This document shows positions 48,225 through 58,648 of a stretch of 64,000 nt of DNA, in pieces. Position numbers and translations under genes: made by a program. The notes under the pieces are model-generated. The model was not told where the DNA came from, made no database searches, and saw nothing but the letters and a program-made list of their open reading frames with translations. Numbering within the stretch: the first letter of the stretch is position 1; every line of letters begins with the position of its first letter. This DNA is from a bacterium (GTDB taxonomy: Bacteria; Electryoneota; Electryoneia; Electryoneales; Electryoneaceae): the NCBI GenBank assembly GCA_043801585.1, contig JAZDLX010000184.1, positions 17,683 through 81,682 on the forward strand. Direction: 5' to 3'.

Positions 48225-49035
48225 GTCGTGCTCTGTGAATCATCATCGCCTCAAGCACGGCTCGTCCCACCGAGCGAGCCTTGTCGGAGATGGATGTGAA
48301 ATCGACACTCGCTCCACGCGGATCGACGTCGGCGATTTTGGTTTTCGCCGGGATAAACACACGGGGCGAGATCAGGCCACGGACCATGCCGCGCAACGGA
48401 GCGGTGATGTCCTGCTCCTCAACCCGACCCAGCAGTTGCCCCTCTTCTACAAGGTCGCCGAATTTCACTGACCACACTACCTTGCCCTGCACAGGAGAAT
48501 AGACCACCCGACGGGCCGTTTCGCCTCCGATATTTCCCGGAACACCCGTATCCGCGCTCGCCGATCCTTCCCAGATGATCCTGCCGAGATTGTGGCCGCG
48601 CATGGTCTCGATCACACAATCACAACTCGTGCCCGCGGCAAAGCCGGGGCCGACTCCGACTGTGAAAGGCGCAAGGGATCGCAGCTCGGAATCGTCACGT
48701 TTGCGCATCCGGGCATCCACAACGGCATTCGGTTGCAACTCGCGGATTCGGGTTGGATCATCCAGCACAAGCGGCATTTCGCCGGAACCCAGGAGTTCTT
48801 CCACGGCTTCCGGTTCGCAGAAGACAGCCCGGACATCTTCGACCTCCGCCTCCCCCTCGAAAACGGCGTCACTGAACGTGACCGTTCGACGGATCGCCAG
48901 GGGTTCGGGCAATTCGCTGAGCCAGACGTGAAAGCCGGAGCGGTGAAGGCTCACCCCGACAGCGCTGGCAAGTTCGCCCGCACCGCGCACCCAGACACGA
49001 AAAGGCCTACCCACGTTGCCGTTCCAGGAATTCAT
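48217..49035 (-). CDS. yqeB: Selenium-dependent molybdenum hydroxylase system protein YqeB
   Basis: RGAGELAS, P.AIRRTVTF, DARMRKR, GPGFAAG, IETMRGHNLG, DTGVPG, ADVDPR, ISDKARSVG..VLEA. Start uncertain (GTG 49014 possible). Confidence 0.9.
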   Translation of the reverse strand: MNSWNGNVGRPFRVWVRGAGELASAVGVSLHRSGFHVWLSELPEPLAIRRTVTFSDAVFEGEAEVEDVRAVFCEPEAVEELLGSGEMPLVLDDPTRIRELQPNAVVDARMRKRDDSELRSLAPFTVGVGPGFAAGTSCDCVIETMRGHNLGRIIWEGSASADTGVPGNIGGETARRVVYSPVQGKVVWSVKFGDLVEEGQLLGRVEEQDITAPLRGMVRGLISPRVFIPAKTKIADVDPRGASVDFTSISDKARSVGRAVLEAMMIHRARHG

Positions 49036-49591
49036 CCATATCGAGCACGACCCCCTCGTCCTTTACCGGCATCAACACTGTTTCAGAGCGGTGTTTTTCA
49101 CGCACCTCACGGCCTCCCGTTTCCCCCTGTGCACTCATCAGTTCGTCAAGAAGCGATATGTGAAAGAAGATAGGATGTCCTGCTTGATCGTTATGCGACG
49201 GCGCCAGAATCAGGGGAGTCTTCTTTTCGAGAACGGAGAGGAGTGTAGTGAGGGTCTCCCGGCGGATGAACGGTTTGTCGGCAAGACTGATGCCGCAATA
49301 ATCGTAACTGCCGCCCACTGCGTTCAATCCCGCCTTCATCGATGAAGCCATCCCGGAGGAATAATCGGGATTGTGAACATAGCGTACTTCCTTGATCTCC
49401 GCCCCTTCGACGACGTTGCGAACCTCATCTTCCTGATGACCAAGGACGACGAACAGATCGATTCCCATTCCCTGAAAAACGGAGAGGGCTCTCACGATCA
49501 CCGGGACACCATCGAGATCGAGCAGCAGCTTGTTCGGAGGATGGCGCAGGGAGAGGCCGGCGGCGGGTACGATCATCGCAACTCGGATCAT
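49007..49591 (-). CDS. mocA: Molybdenum cofactor cytidylyltransferase (MocA/YgfJ-like)
   Basis: PAAGLSLR..NKLLL, NPDYSSGMASS, LADKP, GHPIFF, GETGGR. Confidence 0.85.
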   Translation of the reverse strand: MIRVAMIVPAAGLSLRHPPNKLLLDLDGVPVIVRALSVFQGMGIDLFVVLGHQEDEVRNVVEGAEIKEVRYVHNPDYSSGMASSMKAGLNAVGGSYDYCGISLADKPFIRRETLTTLLSVLEKKTPLILAPSHNDQAGHPIFFHISLLDELMSAQGETGGREVREKHRSETVLMPVKDEGVVLDMDEFLERQRG

Positions 49592-50331
49592 CGACTCACC
49601 CTCCGGCAAACGCCTTTCACCACGCTTCCCATGAAAACGGGACCGATTCCACGGCGCACGATGGCATCCGCAAGCCGCTGCGCCTGCTCCGGGTAGTCGT
49701 CCGCCTTGTTAACGAAATAGACTGGCTGCATTCGTTCGGGGACCTTCGAAAGGTAGCCTTTGCGGGTGGTGACGACTTGCGCAATGAATGCGGCGTCGAG
49801 GGGAGTTTCGGGATCAACTCCCCACCACTCCGCAAACCTTTCCGGCCTGTGGATGCGCCCCCCTGAAAGGGATTGATCCACCGCATCGGCACCAACCAGA
49901 ATAATCACATGGGTTGCAAAATCGGGAACGACCGGGTCACGGTCATTGTGCACCTTGAGCGGCAGGTTCCGCGCCCCATCGCATTCGAAAACGCACAGAT
50001 CAGCTTGATCGGCGAGCTGTGCAACGACTGCTTCCGGCACACCCTCCAGCTTGTGCTCGTTGATCGCCCGGTTCATCACGCAGACTGGGTTGTGTTCCAC
50101 AAAATGAGGAGCTAATCCAGCATCGCCGAGATCAGAAAGAAAAAGTACCCTCGATCCATGATCGCGTGCGGACAGGGTGAGCGAAGTCAGCAGTACTCGG
50201 GGAAAGACCTCGGAGTATTCCTGCCCCAACCTGCGCAGCATGCTCGTTTTTCCTCCGCCTCCCAGCAAAGCAATGCAAGCCCCTCGTGCTTCAAGGGGCT
50301 GGGCGCTGATCATCTCGGTGAAACATGCCAT
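49588..50331 (-). CDS. yqeC: Selenium cofactor biosynthesis protein YqeC
   Basis: IALLGGGGKTS, ECDGARNLPLK..D.P, IHRPE, NKAD; start ATG 50331. Confidence 0.88.
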   Translation of the reverse strand: MACFTEMISAQPLEARGACIALLGGGGKTSMLRRLGQEYSEVFPRVLLTSLTLSARDHGSRVLFLSDLGDAGLAPHFVEHNPVCVMNRAINEHKLEGVPEAVVAQLADQADLCVFECDGARNLPLKVHNDRDPVVPDFATHVIILVGADAVDQSLSGGRIHRPERFAEWWGVDPETPLDAAFIAQVVTTRKGYLSKVPERMQPVYFVNKADDYPEQAQRLADAIVRRGIGPVFMGSVVKGVCRRVSR

Positions 50332-50336
50332 GAATA

Positions 50337-52619
50337 TCACTTCCGGCCGGAGAGCTGCCGCAGAATCTCCTCGGGGGAGACGGGTGAGTGATGCAGGCGG
50401 ACTCCGCAAGCGTTGTAGATCGCGTTGATAACAGCCGGTGCGGGAGCGTTGATCGGAATCTCTCCGACCGCCTTTGCACCGAACGGTCCGGAGGGTTCGT
50501 TTGAATCGATGAACTTTGCAACGATCTCGGGCATGTCCGGTGCGGCATAGATGTGGTACTGGTTGAAATCAAGGTTGACCGGGGCGCCGTTCTCGTCGAA
50601 GGCCATGTGTTCGGTCAGAGCCATTCCCAGCGACTGGGGAACCGCCCCCTCAGCCTGGCCTTCCGCCATCGGAGGGTTGACCACCTGCCCCGCTTCGGTG
50701 ACGGAAACAATTTTGTTCACTCGAACGAGCCCGGTCTCGGTGTCCACCGAAACGTCCGCAAAGGTGGCGTTGAAGGGAACCGGAGAATCGTAGCTCATGT
50801 GCGAGGCACTGCCCATGATCTGGATCTGATTGTCCGTGTACATGGACTTCGTGCAGATTTCCTCGAAGGTGACGCTGCTGCCGTCCTTCGCGACAACCTT
50901 GCCATCGCTAACTTCCGCATCCTCAACGCCGAGCAAACGTTTCCCCTGCTCGAGGATCTGACGCTTCACCTCCTCGGCGGCTTTCTTGACCGCTCCCCCC
51001 GAGATGTACGTGGTGCTCGAAGCGTAGGCCCCGGTGTCAAAAGGCGTGATATCCGTGTCCGAGCTGTAGACGATGAATTTTTCCACGGGGACTTCCAGCA
51101 CCTCCGCGGCAATCTGGGCCAGTGCGGTGTCCGATCCGGTGCCGAGATCCGTGGCGCCCGCGTGCAGATTGAAGCTGCCATCCTCATTCATCTTGATGAA
51201 CACCGCCCCCATGTCCACACCCGCGATGCCGGAGCCCTGGGCTGTCGCCGCGACACCGACTCCGCGTTTGACCACACCCTCTTTCTCTTCGACACGGAGA
51301 CGGTCCCAGTCGATTTCACGTCTGCCGATCTCGAGACATTCATCCAAACCCTCGGAGGCGAGCACCACCGGGAATCCCTCTCGCCCTTCGCCGAGGACTT
51401 TGGCGATAGGCACTTCGTCCCCGATATGCCGATGGTTCCTTCGCCGCAGCTCGATGGGATCGATGCCAAGTTTATCGGCGATCTCGTCAACGAGAATTTC
51501 CAGCCCGAAAAAACCCTGGGGCGAACCGTACCCGCGATAGGCCCCGGCGACGAAAAGATTCGTGTAAACGGCGTCGCCCACAACGCGCACGTTCGGGCTG
51601 CGGTAAAGTGTCAATGATTTCTGAGCTGTCACGGACATCACGGTCAGCGCGTGCGCTCCATAGGCGCCGGTGTTCTCGAGGATGTTCATGTCGATGGCGT
51701 TGAAGGTGGCATCCTCGTTCACACCGATCCGGAAATGGACGATCTGCGGGTGGCGGCTGCGCGCGGCGTACAGTTCCTCCGCCCTTGTCATCTGGAGGCG
51801 GGCAGGACGTCCCGTTTTCAACGTCACCGCCGCGCAGAGTTCCTCCCCGAGGATCTCCTGTTTCGCACCAAACCCTCCACCGATCCGGGGCTTGATCACA
51901 CGAATCCTGCCCACCGGAAGACCCAGAACTTCCGCAACGATCCGGCGCACATGGAAAGGCACCTGGGTAGCTGTACGGATGACGATTCGGTCCCTTTCAT
52001 CCAGCCAACTCAGGGTGATATGCGGTTCAATGTGGGCCTGTTGCACATAGGGCGTAGAATAGGTTCCCTCGAAAATCTGTGCGCTTTCCTTCAACCCCTT
52101 CTCAACATCGCCCACCGATGCGTCAATGTGCGCGGCGATGTTCCGCTTGGGATCGTGAATGCCCACTGTTTCCTCTTCCGGATGCAGCGGGAGCTCGAAT
52201 TCCATCGCTTTTTGCGGATCGAAATTCGCTGGCAGGATTTCGTACTCCACAACGATGAGCTCGAGCGCCTCCTCCGCGATCTCCACCGTTTCCGCGGCGA
52301 CGAGAGCCACCCGGTCCCCAACATGACGCAGGTGTTGTTCAAGAATACGGACATCGCGAGGAGATGGTTCCGGAAACCCCTGTCCGGCGGTAGTGTAGAA
52401 ATGAGGCGCAAAATCCTCGTGGGTGTACACGGCGACGACGCCTGGCAACGCTTTTGCACGCGAGGTGTCGATCTTCTTAACCAAAGCGTGAGCGTGCGGG
52501 CTGCGGAGCACCTTCAGGTGCAGCATATCCGGCAACGTCATATCGTCCGTGAACACGGCACGACCTTTCACCAGTTCACGACCATCCAGCCGGACTGTCG
52601 GTTTTCCCACGTATTTCAC
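50337..52619 (-). CDS. Xanthine dehydrogenase-family molybdopterin-binding subunit (XdhD-like)
   Basis: LRSPHAHA, TQVPFH.RR, KPRIGGGFGAKQE, GAYRGYG.PQ, GTGSDT..QIAAE, GPFGAKAVGE; GTG 52619 after SD GGAG. Confidence 0.92.
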   Translation of the reverse strand: MKYVGKPTVRLDGRELVKGRAVFTDDMTLPDMLHLKVLRSPHAHALVKKIDTSRAKALPGVVAVYTHEDFAPHFYTTAGQGFPEPSPRDVRILEQHLRHVGDRVALVAAETVEIAEEALELIVVEYEILPANFDPQKAMEFELPLHPEEETVGIHDPKRNIAAHIDASVGDVEKGLKESAQIFEGTYSTPYVQQAHIEPHITLSWLDERDRIVIRTATQVPFHVRRIVAEVLGLPVGRIRVIKPRIGGGFGAKQEILGEELCAAVTLKTGRPARLQMTRAEELYAARSRHPQIVHFRIGVNEDATFNAIDMNILENTGAYGAHALTVMSVTAQKSLTLYRSPNVRVVGDAVYTNLFVAGAYRGYGSPQGFFGLEILVDEIADKLGIDPIELRRRNHRHIGDEVPIAKVLGEGREGFPVVLASEGLDECLEIGRREIDWDRLRVEEKEGVVKRGVGVAATAQGSGIAGVDMGAVFIKMNEDGSFNLHAGATDLGTGSDTALAQIAAEVLEVPVEKFIVYSSDTDITPFDTGAYASSTTYISGGAVKKAAEEVKRQILEQGKRLLGVEDAEVSDGKVVAKDGSSVTFEEICTKSMYTDNQIQIMGSASHMSYDSPVPFNATFADVSVDTETGLVRVNKIVSVTEAGQVVNPPMAEGQAEGAVPQSLGMALTEHMAFDENGAPVNLDFNQYHIYAAPDMPEIVAKFIDSNEPSGPFGAKAVGEIPINAPAPAVINAIYNACGVRLHHSPVSPEEILRQLSGRK

Positions 52620-52690
52620 GTTGCACTCTCCATCCGTACAGCACGAAAAGCTGCGTTTCGACGCGCATTCCAAAACTGACATCAAGACCG

Positions 52691-53143
52691 CTATTTCTTG
52701 AACACCACCCTCGCCGCCTCAACAGGTTTCACATACCCGGTGCATCTGCACAGGTTGCCCGAAAGGGCATCCCGAATTTGCGTTTCATCGGGTTTCGGAG
52801 TGCGGCGTGAAAGTGCTTCCAGCGAAACGATCATCCCCGGTGTACAGTAACCGCACTGCACAGCGCCCACTTCCAGAAACGCATCCTGCAATGCAGGCAC
52901 TTTCCCCTTTTCTTCGAGTCCCTCAAGCGTCTCAATCCTGCACCCCCCAAGGACTCCTACGAGCAGCAGACAGGAATTCATTGCCAGGTCATCGACGAGG
53001 ACGGTGCAGGAGCCGCATTCACCATGGTCGCATCCGCGCTTGACGCTGTACAGGCCCCTTACACGGAGGAATTCCAGCAGTGTCGTACCCGGATCCACAT
53101 CCGCAGTGACAAGCCTGCCATTGAGTTCGAACGAAACCTTCAC
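52691..53143 (-). CDS. Molybdenum hydroxylase 2Fe-2S small subunit
   Basis: GCDHGECGSCTV, NSC, QCGYCTPG, GNLCRCTGY. Confidence 0.93.
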   Translation of the reverse strand: MKVSFELNGRLVTADVDPGTTLLEFLRVRGLYSVKRGCDHGECGSCTVLVDDLAMNSCLLLVGVLGGCRIETLEGLEEKGKVPALQDAFLEVGAVQCGYCTPGMIVSLEALSRRTPKPDETQIRDALSGNLCRCTGYVKPVEAARVVFKK

Positions 53144-53886
53144 AACCGTTCCCCCATGCGTTTCAACATCACGCCAAGCACCTGCTGTTTGTACTCCCGG
53201 GATCCGTAATGATCCGAGATCAACCGGTCGCTCGCCTCAGCAACAGCCTTTTCGATCTCATCGGCGTGCATGGCGTGAGGAAGGACCATCGATGTCACGC
53301 CGTTGATCCGTCCGCCGATGGATACGCACATCCACCGTTTTTCCCGCACTCCGGCAGCGATCAGGAATGCCGGAGCGGAATCGAGCAGCGCCAACCGCTC
53401 AAGGACTAGGGGTATTCTCGGAACGATGACCGTGCAGATGATTCCATCACCCTCCCACGTCCGCAATGGCACCGTCTCAATTTTTCCCCGGACAATTTCC
53501 AGTTGGGCATCGAGGGCGTACAACGCAACGTAGAGCTCGGAATTGGTCCGCTGCTGCCCGATTTCACCGCCAAGCGTCCGCTGGTTCCGGATCTGTTTCG
53601 ATGAGCACGAACGCAATACCGCGAGCGGCCAGTCTCCGCACGGCCCCTCGCTCTGGTCGATCAGCATTTGCAGCGTCAACCCGGCTCCAAGATGAACCTG
53701 CTTGCCGTCATCCATGACACTCTGGGGAAGCAGGTGCCGGATCGGAATCAGCGTTCGCACTTCACGCGGTTGAAGTGACGTCAGATAGCTTCCTCCGCCG
53801 AGTAGTGCGTGCCCCTCCTTCCGAGAATGCTTGTACGCCTCTTCGAGGGTATCCGGTTTGACGATCTCTTCAATCGACGACCACAC
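53140..53886 (-). CDS. Molybdenum hydroxylase FAD-binding subunit (YgfM-like, short)
   Basis: P.TLEEA, LGGGSYL, LGAGLTLQ, IRNQRTLGG. Confidence 0.8.
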   Translation of the reverse strand: MWSSIEEIVKPDTLEEAYKHSRKEGHALLGGGSYLTSLQPREVRTLIPIRHLLPQSVMDDGKQVHLGAGLTLQMLIDQSEGPCGDWPLAVLRSCSSKQIRNQRTLGGEIGQQRTNSELYVALYALDAQLEIVRGKIETVPLRTWEGDGIICTVIVPRIPLVLERLALLDSAPAFLIAAGVREKRWMCVSIGGRINGVTSMVLPHAMHADEIEKAVAEASDRLISDHYGSREYKQQVLGVMLKRMGERL

Positions 53887-53939
53887 GGCTTGCCATCTCC
53901 TTTCACATCACGACTCGATCAAATCCTTTGGACGATCCT

Positions 53940-55340
53940 TCAGTCCTGAACACGCGCGAGAAAATCAATGCCGCTGTTTTTCCCCGCATGGCGAAGCATC
54001 TCATCGGCAATCTGGTTATGACGCTGCACGAGGGCGCGCTCGTCAACATCACTCCTGCCCCGGCGTATCCGAATTTCCCCCTCGACGATCAACCAGTCAA
54101 CCGGGGACATTCTCACTGAGAAGACCAGCGCGGCCAGCGGATCGGACATCCCTCCGGCGTACTCGATACCCTGCACGTTGAACAAAGCCAGATCCGCACG
54201 TTTGCCGGCCACGAGCTGACCAATATCACTTCGTCCCAACGCCTCCGCTCCACCGCGCGTGGCAATGCGCAATACGTCACGGGCGGTCAGCCAATAGTCA
54301 CGTTCGCGCAGGCGTGAGATCATCATTGCGTTGCGAGCGCCGGTCAACAGGTTGCTGGAGTCATTGGACGCCGATCCATCCACCCCGAGTCCCACAGCGA
54401 CTCCCGCATCGAGCATTTCCCGCACCCGTGCGATGCCCGACCCGAGACGCATGTTGGAATCCGGACAATGCGCCACACCCGCGTGCACCTCTCCCATCCG
54501 TAGAATTTCGTCATCGTTAAGATGAACTGCGTGAGCGTGCCAGGTGTTGCTGTCGATCCACCCCAGCGAATCAAGGTACTCCACCGGCCGTTTCCCATAG
54601 GTCTTGAGGCAGAATGTTTCCTCGTCGAGAGTCTCGGCCGTATGGGTATGAACCCGCAGGCCGTTTGCCCTGGCGAAATCGGCCGTGTTTTTCAGCTGCT
54701 GCGACGTCACCGAAAACGGAGAACAGGGCGCCAGGGAGATGCGAACCATCGACCCCTCGGATTCGTCATGGTACTGCTTCAGCAGCCGCTCCGTATCCAG
54801 AAGAATTTCCTCTTCGGACTGGACAACATCATCGGGCGGGAGTCCGCCCTGCGATTTCCCCAGGGTCATCGACCCGCGTGTCGGCTGAAAGCGCAGGCCA
54901 AGCAAGTGAGCGGAGGCTATTTCCGCGTCGATCAGGGTCTTCTCGGCACGGTGAGGAAATAGGTAGAGATGATCGGAGCTGGTGGTTACCCCAGACTTCA
55001 TCATCTCGAGCAGCGCGGTTGTCGCGCTGACCCGGACCGCTTCACCGGTAAGCTCCCGCCACACCTCGTAATGGTTCACCAGCCAGTCGAAGAGGGACGC
55101 ATCCTGCATCCGGGGAATGTTGCGGGTCAGGGATTGATAGAGATGATGATGGGTGTTCACCAGGCCGGGAATCACCACCATTCCGTCGGCAGCGATGATT
55201 TCATCGGCAGCGACATCCAGAGGGTTCGCACCGATGGAGGAAATGACCCCGTTCTCGACCAGGATATGCCCGCCGGAAAATTCCGTACCGGCGTCGTCCA
55301 TCGTGGCGACGTGGAGAGGATTTTGAATCAGGATACTCAT
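53940..55340 (-). CDS. Amidohydrolase of the 8-oxoguanine deaminase / AtzB-like subfamily
   Basis: PGLVNTHHHLYQSLTR, DHLYLFP, RGSM.LG..GGLPPD, APCSPFSV, HTHTAET, AHAVHL, GVDGSASND. Confidence 0.88.
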   Translation of the reverse strand: MSILIQNPLHVATMDDAGTEFSGGHILVENGVISSIGANPLDVAADEIIAADGMVVIPGLVNTHHHLYQSLTRNIPRMQDASLFDWLVNHYEVWRELTGEAVRVSATTALLEMMKSGVTTSSDHLYLFPHRAEKTLIDAEIASAHLLGLRFQPTRGSMTLGKSQGGLPPDDVVQSEEEILLDTERLLKQYHDESEGSMVRISLAPCSPFSVTSQQLKNTADFARANGLRVHTHTAETLDEETFCLKTYGKRPVEYLDSLGWIDSNTWHAHAVHLNDDEILRMGEVHAGVAHCPDSNMRLGSGIARVREMLDAGVAVGLGVDGSASNDSSNLLTGARNAMMISRLRERDYWLTARDVLRIATRGGAEALGRSDIGQLVAGKRADLALFNVQGIEYAGGMSDPLAALVFSVRMSPVDWLIVEGEIRIRRGRSDVDERALVQRHNQIADEMLRHAGKNSGIDFLARVQD

Positions 55341-58300
55341 TGGCGCACCCTCTCGTCGCGGGGCTCACCGAAAAGGTAATGATCCACCAGCGCCCGGTAA
55401 AGCACCAACATCTCCGCAGCATGTTGAAATTCCGCTCGCTGGACATCGTCACGGTGGAACTGTATTTCTTTGACGAACCCTTCCCTGGGGTCGATCAAGG
55501 CTCTTACTGCACTCGTTTCGTATACATAGCCACCCGATTCCGAAGGATACAAGGTCTCCCGTTCGCCAGCGACCCGGGCGTGAAGAACACCCTCCGAAAA
55601 ATGGTATCCTGTGGCCGCACTTTCAAATTCCGCCTCGTCGAGGTAGAAGCGCGGCTTGTCCGACCAGGGAGCGCCAGAGGTCGGGCAGAAGGTGACACAG
55701 TCCCCGCACTCGTTGCAGAAATCCGCGACGTTCAGCGTCTGGTGAGTTTGTCCGACACGGAACGTCGAGCCTCCCTCGAGCGCAACGCCGCCGTTCACTC
55801 GAACAGCGACCGGCAGCTTGTATTCCACCGGTTCCACTTCGTAGGTGAAATTCGCCCGGTTGGGACAGACGGCAACGCAGATGCTGCAATAGTCCGTGCA
55901 GTAGAGGCAGCGATCCGCCTCCTCACGCGCCTGCTGCTCGGTGAGCGTTCCGGTGACAAGTGAGAAATCCGTGGGGATGGTATCGCCACGAGAGTGTTCG
56001 ATCTGTGTTGTAATCCGGCGAGCCTGCTTGACCTGGAACTGGGTGTCGCTCATCAGCTTGTCAACGACGAGGGCATCCAGACCGAGTTCCGCATGGGCTC
56101 TGCGCTGAATCTCCTCGGCGATCCGGCGGCCGTCTCCGATCGCCTTGATCAGCGTCGCCGCACCTCGCACCGCATCCCCACCCGCGTATACACCGTCATG
56201 CTGGGTCTCGCCGGTCAGCGGATCGACCTTCAGTTTTTCGTCCGGGAGGAAATCGATCACAACATCCTGGCCCACCGCGGAAATCACAGAGTCCGTCTCA
56301 AGCACAAATTGCTTGCCCTCGATGGGTATCGGCCGGGGACGACCGCTTGAGTCCGGTTCGCCGAGGGTCATTTTCTGCAGTCGAATGTTCAACGCATTCC
56401 CATCACCTTCTACAATTTCGAGGGGCGCGACGAGTTCCATCAATGTGGCGCCCTCTTCGAGCAATTCGCGGATTTCATCACGGTCGGCGGGCATTTCGCT
56501 GCGGGTGCGGCGGTAGGCGACGGTCACCTCGCCTTTCGTTCCGACGAGACGGCGGGCTGTTCGTGCGGCGTCCATCGCCGAATTTCCCCCGCCGATGATG
56601 ACCACCCGCTGACCCAGTTCCACCTTGAGACCGCGGCGTACGCTGGTCAGGAATGTGATCTGGTCCCAGACGCGGTCAAGACCTTCGCCGGGGATGTTCA
56701 GCTTCTTGCTCGCCTGAGCGCCTACCCCGATGAAGATGTAATCGAACTCGTCCCTGAGGCGGTCAAAGAGGGTACGGTCCACCTTCACTCCGGTGTGGAC
56801 CTTGTGCACCAGTTGTTCGACGCCGGCAATGTCCTCGCTGACGGCTTCGCCGGTAAGACGGAATGCGGGAATCGCCCCGGAAACCATCCCCCCCGCCTCT
56901 TTTTCGCCTTCGTACAATTCAACCGTAAACCCTGCCAAAGCAAGAAAATAGGCACAGGAAAGCCCGCTCGGGCCGGCACCGATCACGGCAACGTTTACAC
57001 CATTCGCAGGGGCCGGTTTCGGAAGCACACCGTGATGCCCTTCCGCGATGAACCGCTTGATGTCGCGGATGCGCAAGGGGTCATCCATCTGCGACCGCGT
57101 GCATTTGAGCTGACAGAGGTGGTCACAGACCATTCCCGTGGAGCGGGGCATCGGATTCGTCCGGGCGATCACCTCCCACGCCTTGTCGTACTCTCCCTGC
57201 GCCGTCCAGAAGAGGTACTCCGGGATGTCCTGGTGAACTCCGCAGGTTTCCACACAGGGCGCTCCGGCGCAGTCGAAGGTGTCCAGGGTTCGGTGGGTTT
57301 TCAGTGTGGTCCCGGTGTGGTGCGAGACATGATACACCGGGTTGTCGGCAACCCGGGCGGCGTACTGTTTCAGATTGGCGAGCCCGGCTTGATGCAACGA
57401 CGTCCGATCGCCCGCCTTACGATGGATGAAGTCCTCGACACTCTCCGCGCCCACTTCAGCCATGGCCTGGCGGATCTGCTCCATGTACTGCGAGAGCCGG
57501 CCATAGCCTCCCGGTTTGAGCAGGTCGGTGCAGACGGTGATCGGGCGCAGGTTCGCGGCGAGCAGGTCGGCGGAGTTGAAGGCGTCCGCTCCTGCGGAGA
57601 AGGAGAGATCGAGACTTCCCGAAAACTCCTGTTGCAAACGTTCAGCAACCGCCACGCTGATCGGGTGCAATGCACGCCCGCTCATGTAGTGCATTTTCTC
57701 TTTTTCGGGGAACACCTTGCGGACGTTCATCGTCTCCAGGGTGTTTGTCAGCTTCAGCCCAAACTCCACCCCGGATCGTTTCGCGGCGGCATCGAGGGAG
57801 CGGATCACCTCGACGGCGTCCTCGAATTGGATGTCGTGCTCGAAGGCTTCATCCGGTACGATGGCATCGTACCCAAGTTTTTCGTTCAGGATCTTTCGCA
57901 GCGCATCGGGACCGAGCAGCGTGGGATTCATCTTGATCGCGGTGTGCAGCCGCCGCTCCTCGATCAGGTAGAGGCCGATCTTTTCGATCTCGTCCGGGGG
58001 GCATCCGTGCATCGTGGAGAGGGTGACGTTGTCCGAAATCTGCCCGGGGATGGAGAGGGTTTCGATTTCGGAATAGAGCGGTGCGATCTTCGTCACACAC
58101 TCGGCGATTGCCTGCTCAGCATTTTCCATCGCACCAAGAAACGCCTGCACGTTCGGTTTGAGAATGCCCTCAAGGTTGTAGCCGACGCTCATGTTGAAGA
58201 TGAACCCGGGATCACCTGCTCCATCTCCCCAACCGAAATGGTGCCGCAGCAGATGCAGCAGCACCCACGCCTTGAGGTACTCATCGAAGGACTGATCGAG

Positions 58301-58648
58301 TTTCAGCTCCTGCGACCACTCGCAGTTATACCCTTCGTCCTCCATATCGATACAGGGGCGTGTGATTTCCAGCTCGTCGAGAGTCTGGACGGTTTTCAGC
58401 TCGACGTATCGCGCCCCGGTAAGCCAGGAGGAGATAATGTTTTGCGCCAGTTGAGTGTGGGGTCCGGCGGCGACGCCGAGGGGGGTTTCGAGAGTGCGCC
58501 CGTAGCGTGTCAGACGGAAGGGATCATGATCGCTTGGAGTGAAAAACAGTTCTTGCGGTATCCCGAACATCGCCCCCTTTTGACGCTCCTCGCACAGCAT
58601 CCACGTCAGCAGCCGTTCAACCGTCAGTGGCGTCAGGCGATCACTCAC
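55337..58648 (-). CDS. ygfK: YgfK flavin/Fe-S oxidoreductase (often annotated selenate reductase subunit)
   Basis: GVAAGPHTQLAQN, ELKTVQ, EGYNCEWSQEL, FNMSVGY, STMHGCPP.EIE, KLTNT, YMSGR; GltD-like GAGPSG and GGGNSAMD; C-terminal CNECG.C.TFCP. Confidence 0.92.
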   Translation of the reverse strand: MSDRLTPLTVERLLTWMLCEERQKGAMFGIPQELFFTPSDHDPFRLTRYGRTLETPLGVAAGPHTQLAQNIISSWLTGARYVELKTVQTLDELEITRPCIDMEDEGYNCEWSQELKLDQSFDEYLKAWVLLHLLRHHFGWGDGAGDPGFIFNMSVGYNLEGILKPNVQAFLGAMENAEQAIAECVTKIAPLYSEIETLSIPGQISDNVTLSTMHGCPPDEIEKIGLYLIEERRLHTAIKMNPTLLGPDALRKILNEKLGYDAIVPDEAFEHDIQFEDAVEVIRSLDAAAKRSGVEFGLKLTNTLETMNVRKVFPEKEKMHYMSGRALHPISVAVAERLQQEFSGSLDLSFSAGADAFNSADLLAANLRPITVCTDLLKPGGYGRLSQYMEQIRQAMAEVGAESVEDFIHRKAGDRTSLHQAGLANLKQYAARVADNPVYHVSHHTGTTLKTHRTLDTFDCAGAPCVETCGVHQDIPEYLFWTAQGEYDKAWEVIARTNPMPRSTGMVCDHLCQLKCTRSQMDDPLRIRDIKRFIAEGHHGVLPKPAPANGVNVAVIGAGPSGLSCAYFLALAGFTVELYEGEKEAGGMVSGAIPAFRLTGEAVSEDIAGVEQLVHKVHTGVKVDRTLFDRLRDEFDYIFIGVGAQASKKLNIPGEGLDRVWDQITFLTSVRRGLKVELGQRVVIIGGGNSAMDAARTARRLVGTKGEVTVAYRRTRSEMPADRDEIRELLEEGATLMELVAPLEIVEGDGNALNIRLQKMTLGEPDSSGRPRPIPIEGKQFVLETDSVISAVGQDVVIDFLPDEKLKVDPLTGETQHDGVYAGGDAVRGAATLIKAIGDGRRIAEEIQRRAHAELGLDALVVDKLMSDTQFQVKQARRITTQIEHSRGDTIPTDFSLVTGTLTEQQAREEADRCLYCTDYCSICVAVCPNRANFTYEVEPVEYKLPVAVRVNGGVALEGGSTFRVGQTHQTLNVADFCNECGDCVTFCPTSGAPWSDKPRFYLDEAEFESAATGYHFSEGVLHARVAGERETLYPSESGGYVYETSAVRALIDPREGFVKEIQFHRDDVQRAEFQHAAEMLVLYRALVDHYLFGEPRDERVRQ

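Noticed and set aside
55337..58648. Respiratory selenate reductase
   Set aside because: The legacy YgfK label is not supported by context; no DMSO-reductase-family catalytic subunit is present and the neighbours indicate purine catabolism.
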